The position numbers and the translations under genes are program-made. From positions 1 to 54,770 of the forward strand of contig HF994476.1 of NCBI GenBank assembly GCA_000434195.1: a stretch of DNA of 54,770 nt. Direction: 5' to 3'. This document shows positions 39,248 to 48,429 of this stretch, in pieces; the stretch's first letter is position 1, and every line of letters starts with the position of its first letter. A model generated the notes under the pieces. The model was not told the origin of the DNA, did not search any database, and saw nothing but the letters and a program-made list of their open reading frames with translations. Source of the DNA: Clostridium sp. CAG:780 (GTDB lineage Bacteria; Bacillota; Clostridia; TANB77; CAG-508).

Positions 39248-40183
39248 TACCTTACTCACAACTGGTAAAGATTGATATACAATTTTGAAAAAGCGGAAAT
39301 CGTCTAATTCGTTAAACTCTAAACAAGAAAGATAAACATCTAACTCGTTTAAGTTTTTACAAGCTGTAATTATAGCTGGATGAAGGCTATAATTAGAAAA
39401 TAATTCAACAGCTAATTTTAATGCTTCTTTTTTAGTTCCATGTTCTCTATCCATTATAAGTTTGTAAGCTTCTTTAAATCTTGCGACAGCCGAAACTTTA
39501 TAGTTGCTCAAAGGAATAGTATATTGATCTAAAATTATATCTGATAAAGATGTATATTTTTCCGGATTTTTTCTAAGAATACGTTTAAGGTCTGTAACTT
39601 TATATGGAAGAGTAACAGTTCCATCTATTTCAGAAATAATTAAAGTGTCATCTGTTAATTTTGAAGTTGACTTTCTCTTTCTAGTAGTTTTAGTAGGTTT
39701 TTTTGTATCTTCCGGTTCAACAGTTTCAGCAACCTTATCTAATGCATCAATAGAAATATATTCTGATACATCAATAGAAGACATTGAATGAATAAATTTT
39801 TCTATATCCTCATTGTTATGCATGATTTGAGTAGTATTATTACTTAATTCTTTATTGTATTTAGTTATTTCACTAACAGTGATATTATATTTTACAGTAT
39901 CAAGGTTGTTTTTTATTGATTCTAATTGCTCTAATAAATTAGTATAAATTTCTATGTTTTTATTTATTTTAGATAAATATTCGCTAGCATCTGAAATGAA
40001 ATTATTAACATCATTAGAAAAAGTTGAATCAATATCCACATTACCTAAAAAATTCTTTAAAAACACCAAAATTTGCTTAGAAAAAGCCTTTTGTGAGCTT
40101 AATAAAGAATGAACAGAAGTGATTTCCATATCTATAAATTTGATAACATTGTCTTGATTTGTTTTTGAATTTAATTTAATCAT
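39239..40183 (-). CDS. Hypothetical cytoplasmic protein; one of only two minus-strand genes inside the locus (with 48430-49026)
   Basis: 314-aa ORF with a ggagga RBS, a basic linker (KKPTKTTRKRKSTSK) and a helical C-terminal domain. No motif recognised. Confidence 0.6.
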   Translation of the reverse strand: MIKLNSKTNQDNVIKFIDMEITSVHSLLSSQKAFSKQILVFLKNFLGNVDIDSTFSNDVNNFISDASEYLSKINKNIEIYTNLLEQLESIKNNLDTVKYNITVSEITKYNKELSNNTTQIMHNNEDIEKFIHSMSSIDVSEYISIDALDKVAETVEPEDTKKPTKTTRKRKSTSKLTDDTLIISEIDGTVTLPYKVTDLKRILRKNPEKYTSLSDIILDQYTIPLSNYKVSAVARFKEAYKLIMDREHGTKKEALKLAVELFSNYSLHPAIITACKNLNELDVYLSCLEFNELDDFRFFKIVYQSLPVVSKVKK

Positions 40184-40256
40184 TTGTGTTCCTCCTAAAT
40201 CTTAACAACATTATAAAGGTTTTTTGAAAAAATAGCAATCAATTTTAATAAAAATA

Positions 40257-40285
40257 TTGAAAAAAATAAAAGCGTATGATATATT
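40257..40285 (+). promoter_or_regulatory. Sigma-A-type promoter with extended -10
   Basis: TTGAAA, 17-nt spacer, TGaTATATT, about 50 nt upstream of the ORF at 40337. Confidence 0.55.
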
Positions 40286-40336
40286 ATTTACAAATGTCGG
40301 AAAAGACTAAAATTTATTTGACCATGGAGGCAAAAA

Positions 40337-40873
40337 ATGAAAAAAATAATTCAAAATATCATTATTATAATTTACACAGTAATAGCTGTTTTTACAACAG
40401 TATGTCTATTATCTTATAATGAATATAAAGTTAGCACTTTTGGAGATCACTCATTAATACTAGTTACGAACGATGAACTATCACCAGATTTCAAAAAAGG
40501 AGATTTGGTTGTAGTTACTGCGGGAAACAAAAGTAAAATTGCAGTAGGAGATAAAGTTTTCTTCTATAACACTAGAGACAAAAAAGTAGAAGTAGCGTTA
40601 GCAGAAGTTACAAATAGAGAAATAGTAACATCAACAGAGATAACATTTACAGTAGGCAAAGATCATGATGTATCAAGCCAGTATGTTCTTGGAAGTTCAA
40701 AAGATACTACTGTAATTCCAGTAGTTGGACAAATTTTAAGTGTATTAGAATCAAAATGGGGATTTTTATTCTTAATAGTCTTCCCATCATTAATAGCATT
40801 CCTTTATGAATTAACAGTTGTATTTTCAGGAATTAAAGAAGAAAGAAAAAAAGCAAAAGAAAATTCTAAATAA
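40337..40873 (+). CDS. SipW-like protein lacking the catalytic Ser and His (predicted pseudo-peptidase)
   Basis: Same topology and length as SipW, with N- and C-terminal TM helices. The Ser box reads TNDELSPDF (SipW-1: TNSMEPEL), the His box VTNREIV (SipW-1: ITHRIV), and GDNN becomes GKDHD. Confidence 0.6.
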   Translation: MKKIIQNIIIIIYTVIAVFTTVCLLSYNEYKVSTFGDHSLILVTNDELSPDFKKGDLVVVTAGNKSKIAVGDKVFFYNTRDKKVEVALAEVTNREIVTSTEITFTVGKDHDVSSQYVLGSSKDTTVIPVVGQILSVLESKWGFLFLIVFPSLIAFLYELTVVFSGIKEERKKAKENSK

Positions 40874-40882
40874 GGAAATATA

Positions 40883-41503
40883 ATGAATAAGAAAATAATC
40901 AAGAGAATCTTAATTATAATATTATTATTTATGATTTTTGTAGTGGCATATAAGTTAGTAAACACGTATGCCCTTTTTTATAGTGAAGGGAACGGAGTAA
41001 TTGAACAAAAGAATGCTACATGGAGAATTTATGTCAATAACCAAAATATAACCTCTAAAAACAGTAATAAATTCACAGTGGACACTTTCAATCTAGAAGA
41101 AAATAACCATGTTGCACCAGGGAAAATAGCACCAAATACAACAGGAAGTTTTAATTTATTAATCGACCCTAAAAATACAGATGTATCAGTTAAATATTCA
41201 GTTAAATTGGATAAGACAAAATTGATAAATGATAGAATCAAAATAGTATCTGTACAAGAGACTACTGGAAACACAAGCTTGATAATGACTGACGAGGATA
41301 CTTATACAGGAGTAATGAAGTTAGAAGAGATTAAGGCAGGAAAAACAAATAACATCAAGGTAATAATAACCTGGGAAAATGATGAAAGCAATAATAAAAT
41401 GGATACAGCCGTTGGAACAGTAAATAACTACAAAATAAGTATTCCAATAGAATTTATAGCAACTCAATATCTTGGCGAAGAAATAAAAGAATACATACCA
41501 TAG
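40883..41503 (+). CDS. Secreted TasA/camelysin-like protein with a SipW-cognate-like signal peptide
   Basis: Signal KRILIIILLFMIFVVAYKLVNTYALFYSEG. Clear paralog of the 48430-49026 protein (shared ATWRI/SRWDI, VAPG..AP..G.F.L.ID..NTDVS.KY, I.W.ND). Confidence 0.6.
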   Translation: MNKKIIKRILIIILLFMIFVVAYKLVNTYALFYSEGNGVIEQKNATWRIYVNNQNITSKNSNKFTVDTFNLEENNHVAPGKIAPNTTGSFNLLIDPKNTDVSVKYSVKLDKTKLINDRIKIVSVQETTGNTSLIMTDEDTYTGVMKLEEIKAGKTNNIKVIITWENDESNNKMDTAVGTVNNYKISIPIEFIATQYLGEEIKEYIP

Positions 41504-41512
41504 GAGCAAAAA

Positions 41513-41938
41513 ATGAAGATATTAAAGAAAGTAATATTGCTAATATTAGATATATTAATTGTATTTATATCAGTTTTAGTGATAATAGCAATTACATATG
41601 TATTTCAAACAAAAATACTTCATAAAAAATATGCAGACATAGTAGGCTTTACAGCATTTAGAGTTATAACTGGAAGCATGGCGGACACGATAAATATAGG
41701 AGATATAGTTGTAATAAAAATAACAGATAAAGTAAAACCAAACGATATTATTGTATATCAGGACAATGACTATTTTGTAACACATAGACTTGTTCAAGAA
41801 AGTGGTGAGAGTCTGATAACAAGGGGAGATGCAAACAACAGCGAAGATGTACCAATAAGTAGAGACCAAGTTTTAGGAAAAGTAGTTATGAATATATCTT
41901 CATCAAAAAAGAAAATAGAAATTACAGAAGGAAAATAG
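41513..41938 (+). CDS. sipW: SipW-type signal peptidase I, copy 2 (short form, no C-terminal TM helix)
   Basis: Ser box TGSMADTI, His box VTHRLV, and RGDANN. Confidence 0.8.
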   Translation: MKILKKVILLILDILIVFISVLVIIAITYVFQTKILHKKYADIVGFTAFRVITGSMADTINIGDIVVIKITDKVKPNDIIVYQDNDYFVTHRLVQESGESLITRGDANNSEDVPISRDQVLGKVVMNISSSKKKIEITEGK

Positions 41939-41939
41939 A

Positions 41940-42497
41940 ATGAAAAAGAGAATAATTCAAATATTAATATTAATTTTAATATTGATTTTATTAATAAGAA
42001 TAATATCTTTAACTATTTCAAAATATGAAAGCAGTGCCATATCAGACTCTGCAATACAAGTAGCATTCTATGTATTAAATAGGGATTATCAATCTATGAG
42101 TCTAAACTTGGAGTCATTATTTCCTAGAAATGAGCCGTATGTATATTATTTTTCTGTATCAAATTCAAATGGTGATAAGACGTGTGAGACAGACATGGAA
42201 TATGATTTAACAATAAGGACAACAACAAATTTACCAATAGAATACGAATTATACAAGAATGAACAATATACAAACGATGCAGCACAAAGCATAATAAAAT
42301 CTGATGATATAGTGCAAGATGATGACAATACATATTTTAGAGTTATTACAACTGAAACAGAGACATTTTCGTACAATGAAGCAAAGAAAAATATATATCA
42401 ATTAGTTGTGAGATTCCCAGCAAAGTATAACACAATCAATTATCAAGATATAATCGAAGCGATTGAAATAACAGTTGATTCGAAACAAATAATATAA
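41940..42497 (+). CDS. Secreted protein with a SipW-cognate-like N-terminus
   Basis: Signal anchor ILILILILILLIRIISLTISKYESSAIS and a beta-rich mature part. Its start is 1 nt after the sipW-2 stop. Confidence 0.5.
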   Translation: MKKRIIQILILILILILLIRIISLTISKYESSAISDSAIQVAFYVLNRDYQSMSLNLESLFPRNEPYVYYFSVSNSNGDKTCETDMEYDLTIRTTTNLPIEYELYKNEQYTNDAAQSIIKSDDIVQDDDNTYFRVITTETETFSYNEAKKNIYQLVVRFPAKYNTINYQDIIEAIEITVDSKQII

Positions 42498-42515
42498 ACT
42501 AAGGAAGGGAGAAGT

Positions 42516-43448
42516 ATGCAAAAAAAGAGTACAAGAAACAAAAACTTGAATAGACGAAAAACAATAATCTTGCTAATTTTAATTTTAATTTTTGCAATAG
42601 CGACTCCAACTCTTGGAAGATATGTAATTACAGGTATAAACAACTTTTTCCTTAGAACAAAAGAATTTTATTTTTATAGCGACAAATTAAAAGATATAAG
42701 AGCTGTGTATCAAATAGATAACTGGACGGGAGTAGACCCATATACAATTACAGTACATATGAACAGCATTGAAAACAACTTAAAAAAATCCACATATGAT
42801 ATAAGTTATTCGATTTCATATACATGTTCGCAAAATGCAACTTGTCAATTAAGCAAAGAAACTGGAATAATTCCTGCAAATAACAATGACGATTATTTCA
42901 ATATAATAATCACACCTAATATAGGTTTAACTACGGGTGATAAAGTTAGTGTTGAAATCATAGCGACATCAACATCTAAATATCAAAAGAAACTAACTGC
43001 AATGTTTGTGTTGGTCGTAGGAAAAGAAAAGACATCTTATGAAATTGTAGACTCTGTTAATAGCAAATATTTGGATTTGAATATAACTAATACACTTTCA
43101 TATTATAATGTAGAAACAGCATTTGGAAATTATAGTGTAGGGGATAGAATAGATGTTGATACATATCTTACACTTCCAGAAACAGATAAGCAAAAGTGCT
43201 ATTCTGCTTTAATAACACTTAAGTTTGATCCAAAAAAAGTATTGCTGGATATGACAAACACCAATTATTTAAATGCGATATCTACTAGAACAACAAACAT
43301 CAATGGTAGCAATTACATTAGTGAAATAACATTTAAAGTGGAGCCAATTTCTAGTGCAGTTGTTCGATTTTATAAGCAAGACGTCACAAAAGATTACACA
43401 TATCCTATTATAAACTCAAATTCGATAATAGACTTTGAATCAAGATAA
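42516..43448 (+). CDS. Secreted protein with a SipW-cognate-like N-terminus (larger paralog class)
   Basis: K/R-rich n-region and h-region TIILLILILIFAIATPTLGRYVITG, with a beta-rich mature part. Confidence 0.5.
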   Translation: MQKKSTRNKNLNRRKTIILLILILIFAIATPTLGRYVITGINNFFLRTKEFYFYSDKLKDIRAVYQIDNWTGVDPYTITVHMNSIENNLKKSTYDISYSISYTCSQNATCQLSKETGIIPANNNDDYFNIIITPNIGLTTGDKVSVEIIATSTSKYQKKLTAMFVLVVGKEKTSYEIVDSVNSKYLDLNITNTLSYYNVETAFGNYSVGDRIDVDTYLTLPETDKQKCYSALITLKFDPKKVLLDMTNTNYLNAISTRTTNINGSNYISEITFKVEPISSAVVRFYKQDVTKDYTYPIINSNSIIDFESR

Positions 43449-43481
43449 TGGATACCATTAATAGAAAGGTAGGAAATATAG

Positions 43482-44480
43482 ATGACAATAAACGTAATGA
43501 AGGAATATTTAAAGATAGTACAAGAAGAGCTCACAACATATATGAAACTAATATTTGAAAAAAAATATAATAGAAAAATCACACTAAGATATTTAGACGC
43601 ATATATGAATGTAAGATTCTATAATTTCTACATAAAAGATGAGAAACTAACCTTTCGAAAAAACTATTTAAATGCGATAAAAGAAGAAGAACAAAAAATT
43701 CTAGCAGACATGCCTAAAAATAAGAAATTAATAGAAAATATGGGCTTGTTCTTCTACTATATACTTTATTTTGATAAAATTTCATACCGTGTTGATACAG
43801 AAGAAATAGTAGAAAAACTATATAAAATAAGAAAAAGAATTCTTAAAAAAGACAATCCAGAATTCAAAAAAGATTTTTACAATGCATATAGAATATATAC
43901 AAATAGAAAGAATCAGTTTTTAACAACTTTTGACACAGACAAATTTATATTAAAAATAGCAGACTATGAAGGAACTAATAACGCCAATAGAGTTGTTCTA
44001 CGATATATCATAGAAGAGCCAACTCTTTATAATACACAGGCATATGAAACAGCTTTCTCGGAAGGGGTCGTTTCTGAGGACAAGCTTTTTGTAGAATATT
44101 ATTTAATTACAACTCAAGTAATACATGATATTTTAAAAGGTAACTTTAAAAAACAATATATAGTTGAATTCAATCCTAGTTTATTAAAAAAGAATAGAAA
44201 ATTAAATCAATTACTAGAAATAATAAACAATTCAGCAATACAAGACAAGGTAAATATAAGAATAGAATATGCTGATTTTATAAAAAACAAAGACAAAGTT
44301 TATGATTTGATGAAAAACGGTTATAGACTAGCAATAGTGTTAGACAATACATTTGAACCAGAATATTCAAATTTCCAAAGGCTGAACGCTTTTAACTATA
44401 TTTTGGCTAGTAAAAAACTAGAATATTTTGACAAAATACTACTTAATGAACAAGAACTCAATGGATTAATAAAAATATAA
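43482..44480 (+). CDS. Cytoplasmic protein with a degenerate, truncated EAL-like C-terminal half
   Basis: No signal peptide. The C-terminus follows EAL-domain topology (YIVEFNPSLL ~ NLS strand; VNIRIEYADF ~ EITE; GYRLAIVLDNTFEPEYSNFQRLNAFNYILASKKL ~ G..ialDDFGtGyssl..L..l..d.lKiD), but the catalytic residues are replaced. Confidence 0.4.
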   Translation: MTINVMKEYLKIVQEELTTYMKLIFEKKYNRKITLRYLDAYMNVRFYNFYIKDEKLTFRKNYLNAIKEEEQKILADMPKNKKLIENMGLFFYYILYFDKISYRVDTEEIVEKLYKIRKRILKKDNPEFKKDFYNAYRIYTNRKNQFLTTFDTDKFILKIADYEGTNNANRVVLRYIIEEPTLYNTQAYETAFSEGVVSEDKLFVEYYLITTQVIHDILKGNFKKQYIVEFNPSLLKKNRKLNQLLEIINNSAIQDKVNIRIEYADFIKNKDKVYDLMKNGYRLAIVLDNTFEPEYSNFQRLNAFNYILASKKLEYFDKILLNEQELNGLIKI

Positions 44481-44496
44481 AACAGTGAGGTAAGAA

Positions 44497-46023
44497 ATGG
44501 AAACTTTTACAAAATTTTTATATGACTTCCTTGGACAATTCTTTTCTGGAATTAGAATAATTTTTCAAGGATTAGGTAAGGGACTAAAAGAAACGGTAAA
44601 TATAGGTTCTTATTCTAACATTATACAAAAGTACAAAGGCGACTTCTCAATGCCAGAATGGATATTGGTAGCAATCGCTGTTGGCCTAATATTATTGATT
44701 TTTGTCCTTGTTGGACTATTGATATTTTTAACAATTAGAAAATATGGAAAGATTCGCAAAAAAACAATAGATCAAGATGCAATGTTACAAGAAATTGCAT
44801 CACTAAATGGACAGGTTGCAAAACTCGTAAAAGAAAAAGACGAGATACTTGCAATGAAAGTATCTCAATTAGGATTAAAACCACTAGAATCTGCAGAAGA
44901 AGAACAAGAAGAAAACAAAGAAGAGGAAGATACCTCAGGACAAGGATATAGATTTGCAAAATTAATGACAATAGATGAAGAATTTGCAAACTATAAAAAA
45001 CAAAATTATGGAAATACATTTACACTTCCAGAATTGTGCGAGCATTTTAGAAATTTTGCAGCATCCAAATTAAGACTATACTATACTATCGACATGATGA
45101 GACTATTTATATCAGCTCTTGCATCAACGAAATTAGTTATATTGCAAGGTATTTCTGGAACAGGTAAGACATCACTTGCATACGCTTGGGGAAAATTCTT
45201 AAAACATGACTCTTGTGTTGCATCAGTTCAACCATCATGGAGAGATAGAACAGAGTTATTTGGATACTTCAACGAGTTTACAAAAAAATTCAATGAAACC
45301 GAAGTTTTAAAAGAAATGTACAAAGCTGGCTATACAGACGACGTTTATACAATAATATTAGACGAGATGAACATCGCACGTGTTGAGTACTATTTTGCTG
45401 AAATGCTATCAATACTAGAGATGCCAAACAAAAATGAATGGGTTATAGAAATTGTTCCTAGCAGTTGGAAAACTGACCCTAAAATGTTAAAAGAAGGGAA
45501 ACTTAAAATTCCACCAAACATGTGGTATATCGGAACAATCAACAACGATGACTCAACATTCATGGTTACAGATAAGGTTTACGATAGAGCAATGCCAATC
45601 GATATTAATGATAAAGGTAAAGTCTTTACACCAATAGAAATGGATGCTATGGATATTAATTATTCTTATCTAGACCAATTATTTTCAACAGCTATGCAAG
45701 AACATCAAGTATCAGAAGAGACATTGGCAAAAATCGAACAAATGGATGACTATACAATCAAACATTTCCGTATTGCATTTGGTAACCGTATAGTAGCTCA
45801 TATGAAAAAATTTGTGCCAGTATTTGTTGCCTGCGGAGGAGACGAAATTGAAGGCGTTGACTACTTTATGGCAAAAAAAGTATTAAGAAAATTTGAGCAG
45901 TTAAACATATCTTACATAAGAGATGAAATAACTCCATATATAGATTTCTTAGATAAAACATTTGGAAAAGGTAAAATGAAAGAATGCATAGATTATATGA
46001 TGAGATTGAAGAAACTTACTTAA
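44497..46023 (+). CDS. Membrane-anchored McrB-like AAA+ (AAA_5) NTPase
   Basis: One TM helix (WILVAIAVGLILLIFVLVGLLIFLTI) followed by RKYGKIRKK. Walker A GISGTGKTS, Walker B and McrB signature ILDEMNIARVEYYFAEMLSILE, then WYIGTINNDDST...DRAMPIDI (compare McrB IIGTMNTADRS...RRF). Confidence 0.7.
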   Translation: METFTKFLYDFLGQFFSGIRIIFQGLGKGLKETVNIGSYSNIIQKYKGDFSMPEWILVAIAVGLILLIFVLVGLLIFLTIRKYGKIRKKTIDQDAMLQEIASLNGQVAKLVKEKDEILAMKVSQLGLKPLESAEEEQEENKEEEDTSGQGYRFAKLMTIDEEFANYKKQNYGNTFTLPELCEHFRNFAASKLRLYYTIDMMRLFISALASTKLVILQGISGTGKTSLAYAWGKFLKHDSCVASVQPSWRDRTELFGYFNEFTKKFNETEVLKEMYKAGYTDDVYTIILDEMNIARVEYYFAEMLSILEMPNKNEWVIEIVPSSWKTDPKMLKEGKLKIPPNMWYIGTINNDDSTFMVTDKVYDRAMPIDINDKGKVFTPIEMDAMDINYSYLDQLFSTAMQEHQVSEETLAKIEQMDDYTIKHFRIAFGNRIVAHMKKFVPVFVACGGDEIEGVDYFMAKKVLRKFEQLNISYIRDEITPYIDFLDKTFGKGKMKECIDYMMRLKKLT

Positions 46024-46044
46024 TAAACTTTGGAGGAAAAGAAT

Positions 46045-47196
46045 ATGGAAGATTCAAAAATATTAGACATATGTCAAGGCGCTACGGGAAAAGAAGAATC
46101 TCAATTCAAAAAAAATCTAGAATCTAAACTACATGTAAAAACAGATTATGAAAAAGTAATAAAAGATACAGAGTGGATAGGAATTATGGAAGAAACAATT
46201 CCATATTTAGATAACATTTTTAGAGCCCCTAATAGATTTATTATAAATGAAGAAGAAATCGTAAAAATAGAAAGAGCAAGAAGAATAACCGTAGAAAGTA
46301 TAAAAAACTTGTCAAAAAATACTAGTTTTATACAAGAAGTTGATAAAAAAACAGGGGATGTAAAGCCATCTAAAATTCTTAACATAGATAAAGAGGAAAG
46401 CTATGACACCTATGAAAACAGATTAATTTACACTCTTATCCAAAACATGAAATTCTTTTTAAGTCAGAAGAAAAAAACATTGGAACAATTTCAAAATGTG
46501 GACTCAAAAAATGATAAATATTTTGACTATAATGGAAGCTCTTTGGTAAATGGACAAAATGTAAATATAAATCTTTCTTTAAATGCTACGACCATGTGTG
46601 GCGATGCAGGAGAAAATAAGGCAGATGACGTATTAGATAGAATAGCACAATTAGAGGTCAGAATACTAGACTTAACAAGCAATGATGTTTATAAAATAAT
46701 AGACAAAAAGCATATTTCATTGGTAAGAGAACCTATAAAAAAGACAAACGTAGTATTGAAAAACGTTAATTTTCAATATGCTATGAAATTATGGACATAT
46801 CTAAGAGAAAACATGGATGACAAAACAAAAAAAACTAGTCAAAATGAAGATTATGAGGACAACAGTAATTTAAAAGAGTTAATGGACGATGCATTCTTTA
46901 TAGATTATCTTGTTATGCAGACCATAGACAAAGATAGGGAACAAACAAAAGAGCAAGAAGAGGAAAAGAAAAAAGAAAATCAAGAAATAATTATAAGTAA
47001 AATGCTAGAAAAAGTAGTAGCTATGGATAATAACTTGTCAATAAAAGATATAAAAGACATTATTGGTGAAAAATATGCTGTTATAAGATATAGAAATCAA
47101 GCTAGCATAAAAGAAGTTCAAAAAATATTTAGCCAAAGTATAGACGAATATCTAACAAAAGTAAAAAATAATATTGGAGGAAAAAATCTTGGATAA
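46045..47196 (+). CDS. Partner of the McrB-like NTPase: McrC/DUF2357-like N-terminal motif, no recognisable nuclease motif
   Basis: The ggagga RBS favours the ATG at 46045. The ESYDTYENRLIYTLIQNM block resembles the TPENRF block of McrC/DUF2357 proteins. I found no PD-(D/E)xK-like D...(D/E)xK motif. Acidic coiled-coil C-terminal half. Confidence 0.5.
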   Translation: MEDSKILDICQGATGKEESQFKKNLESKLHVKTDYEKVIKDTEWIGIMEETIPYLDNIFRAPNRFIINEEEIVKIERARRITVESIKNLSKNTSFIQEVDKKTGDVKPSKILNIDKEESYDTYENRLIYTLIQNMKFFLSQKKKTLEQFQNVDSKNDKYFDYNGSSLVNGQNVNINLSLNATTMCGDAGENKADDVLDRIAQLEVRILDLTSNDVYKIIDKKHISLVREPIKKTNVVLKNVNFQYAMKLWTYLRENMDDKTKKTSQNEDYEDNSNLKELMDDAFFIDYLVMQTIDKDREQTKEQEEEKKKENQEIIISKMLEKVVAMDNNLSIKDIKDIIGEKYAVIRYRNQASIKEVQKIFSQSIDEYLTKVKNNIGGKNLG

Positions 47197-47776
47197 ACTA
47201 AAAAATAATAAAGCTTTAAAAATAATTGGAAATATCTTATATTATCTATTAGTAATTTTTGTATTATTAATACTACTAGTAGTAATATTTCAAAGAGTAA
47301 CTAAAAACAGTGCAAGTATAGGCGGAATCAGAATATTTAACATTGTTACTGAGAGTATGGTTCCGGAATACAATGTGGGAGATATATTAGTATCTAAAAC
47401 TATTTCGCCAGACAAAATTAAGGTGGGGGATGATCTAGTATATTTAGGAAACAAAGATTCATTTACAGGAAAAATTGTAACACATAGAGTAATTGCAATA
47501 GACAAAAACGAAAATGGACAATATGAATTCCACACAAAAGGAATCGCCAATACTGCAGAAGATCCTGTAGTATCAGAAAGTCAAGTTTATGGAACAATAA
47601 TATACAAAACACGTGTTTTAAGCCTTATTAGCAAAGTAATAAACAATTTATATGGATTCTATTTCTTAATATTTGTTCCACTTACAATTCTTATAATTGT
47701 AAAAATAATTAAGATTCATAGAGAAAAAAATGAAGACAATGAAGAAATAGAAGAAGACAATTCAAAAAAAGAATAG
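47189..47776 (+). CDS. sipW: SipW-type signal peptidase I, copy 3
   Basis: Ser box TESMVPEY, His box VTHRVI, and N- and C-terminal TM helices. Likely TTG start at 47189 after a ggagga RBS (the ORF track starts at 47174). It overlaps the upstream stop. Confidence 0.75.
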   Translation: MDKLKNNKALKIIGNILYYLLVIFVLLILLVVIFQRVTKNSASIGGIRIFNIVTESMVPEYNVGDILVSKTISPDKIKVGDDLVYLGNKDSFTGKIVTHRVIAIDKNENGQYEFHTKGIANTAEDPVVSESQVYGTIIYKTRVLSLISKVINNLYGFYFLIFVPLTILIIVKIIKIHREKNEDNEEIEEDNSKKE

Positions 47777-47788
47777 AAGAGGAAACTA

Positions 47789-48397
47789 GTGGAAGAAAAA
47801 AAGAAGAAAATAACTTTTAATAAGTATTTAACTTTAAAAGCGCTAATAATATTAGTTGTATTATTAGCTTTTAACTCATATGCTTGGTTTGTATTTGCAA
47901 CAAAAGTTTCTGGTGGTCTGACCGCTAGTGTAGTAGCTTGGGACATTACCTTTCAAGTAGGCGATAGTGAAGCAATTACAAACGTAGAAATAGATGTAAG
48001 CAAAATATATCCGGGAATGGAAACCTATATTAAACAAATATCTGCTAAGAATTCGGGAGAATCAGAGGCAACTTTAGCATATGAATATAAATCATTAACA
48101 CTATTAGGAGAAACATTTACAGTAGGAGAAAATATAACACAAGAAGAATTAGAAAATAAAATTCAAAACGAATATCCTTTTAAAATATCAGTAACAGTTG
48201 ATAAATCAGAGCTGACAACAGGATTTGAAGAGGCTCACTTTACAATAAAAGTAGAATGGGCATATGAATCAGGAGATGATGATGCAGATACATACTGGGG
48301 AGAAAAAGCTTATGAATTTAAAAAGAATCATCCAAATGAGAGTTGTTTAAGAGTAGGCCTAGTCTTATCAGCAGAGCAAAAAGATAAGAAAATATAA
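47789..48397 (+). CDS. Secreted TasA-like protein with a SipW-cognate-like signal peptide
   Basis: GTG start. Signal ALIILVVLLAFNSYAWFVFAT, and the AWDITF, IYPGM, NSGESEA and KVEWAYESGDD blocks shared with the paralogs. Confidence 0.6.
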   Translation: MEEKKKKITFNKYLTLKALIILVVLLAFNSYAWFVFATKVSGGLTASVVAWDITFQVGDSEAITNVEIDVSKIYPGMETYIKQISAKNSGESEATLAYEYKSLTLLGETFTVGENITQEELENKIQNEYPFKISVTVDKSELTTGFEEAHFTIKVEWAYESGDDDADTYWGEKAYEFKKNHPNESCLRVGLVLSAEQKDKKI

Positions 48398-48424
48398 AAA
48401 AGTTGGAAAAATTCCAACTTTTTA
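48396..48424. terminator. Bidirectional terminator
   Basis: Stem aaaaagttggaa/ttccaacttttt between convergent genes. Confidence 0.7.
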
Positions 48425-48429
48425 TTGAT

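Noticed and set aside
44497-47196. Straightforward annotation as an McrBC type IV restriction system.
   Set aside because: - The B-like protein has a TM anchor where McrB has its DNA-binding N-domain.
- The C-like partner shows no PD-(D/E)xK motif by eye.
- The pair is tightly embedded in a same-strand operon of secretion and fibre genes.

It is kept as a finding with an open functional interpretation.
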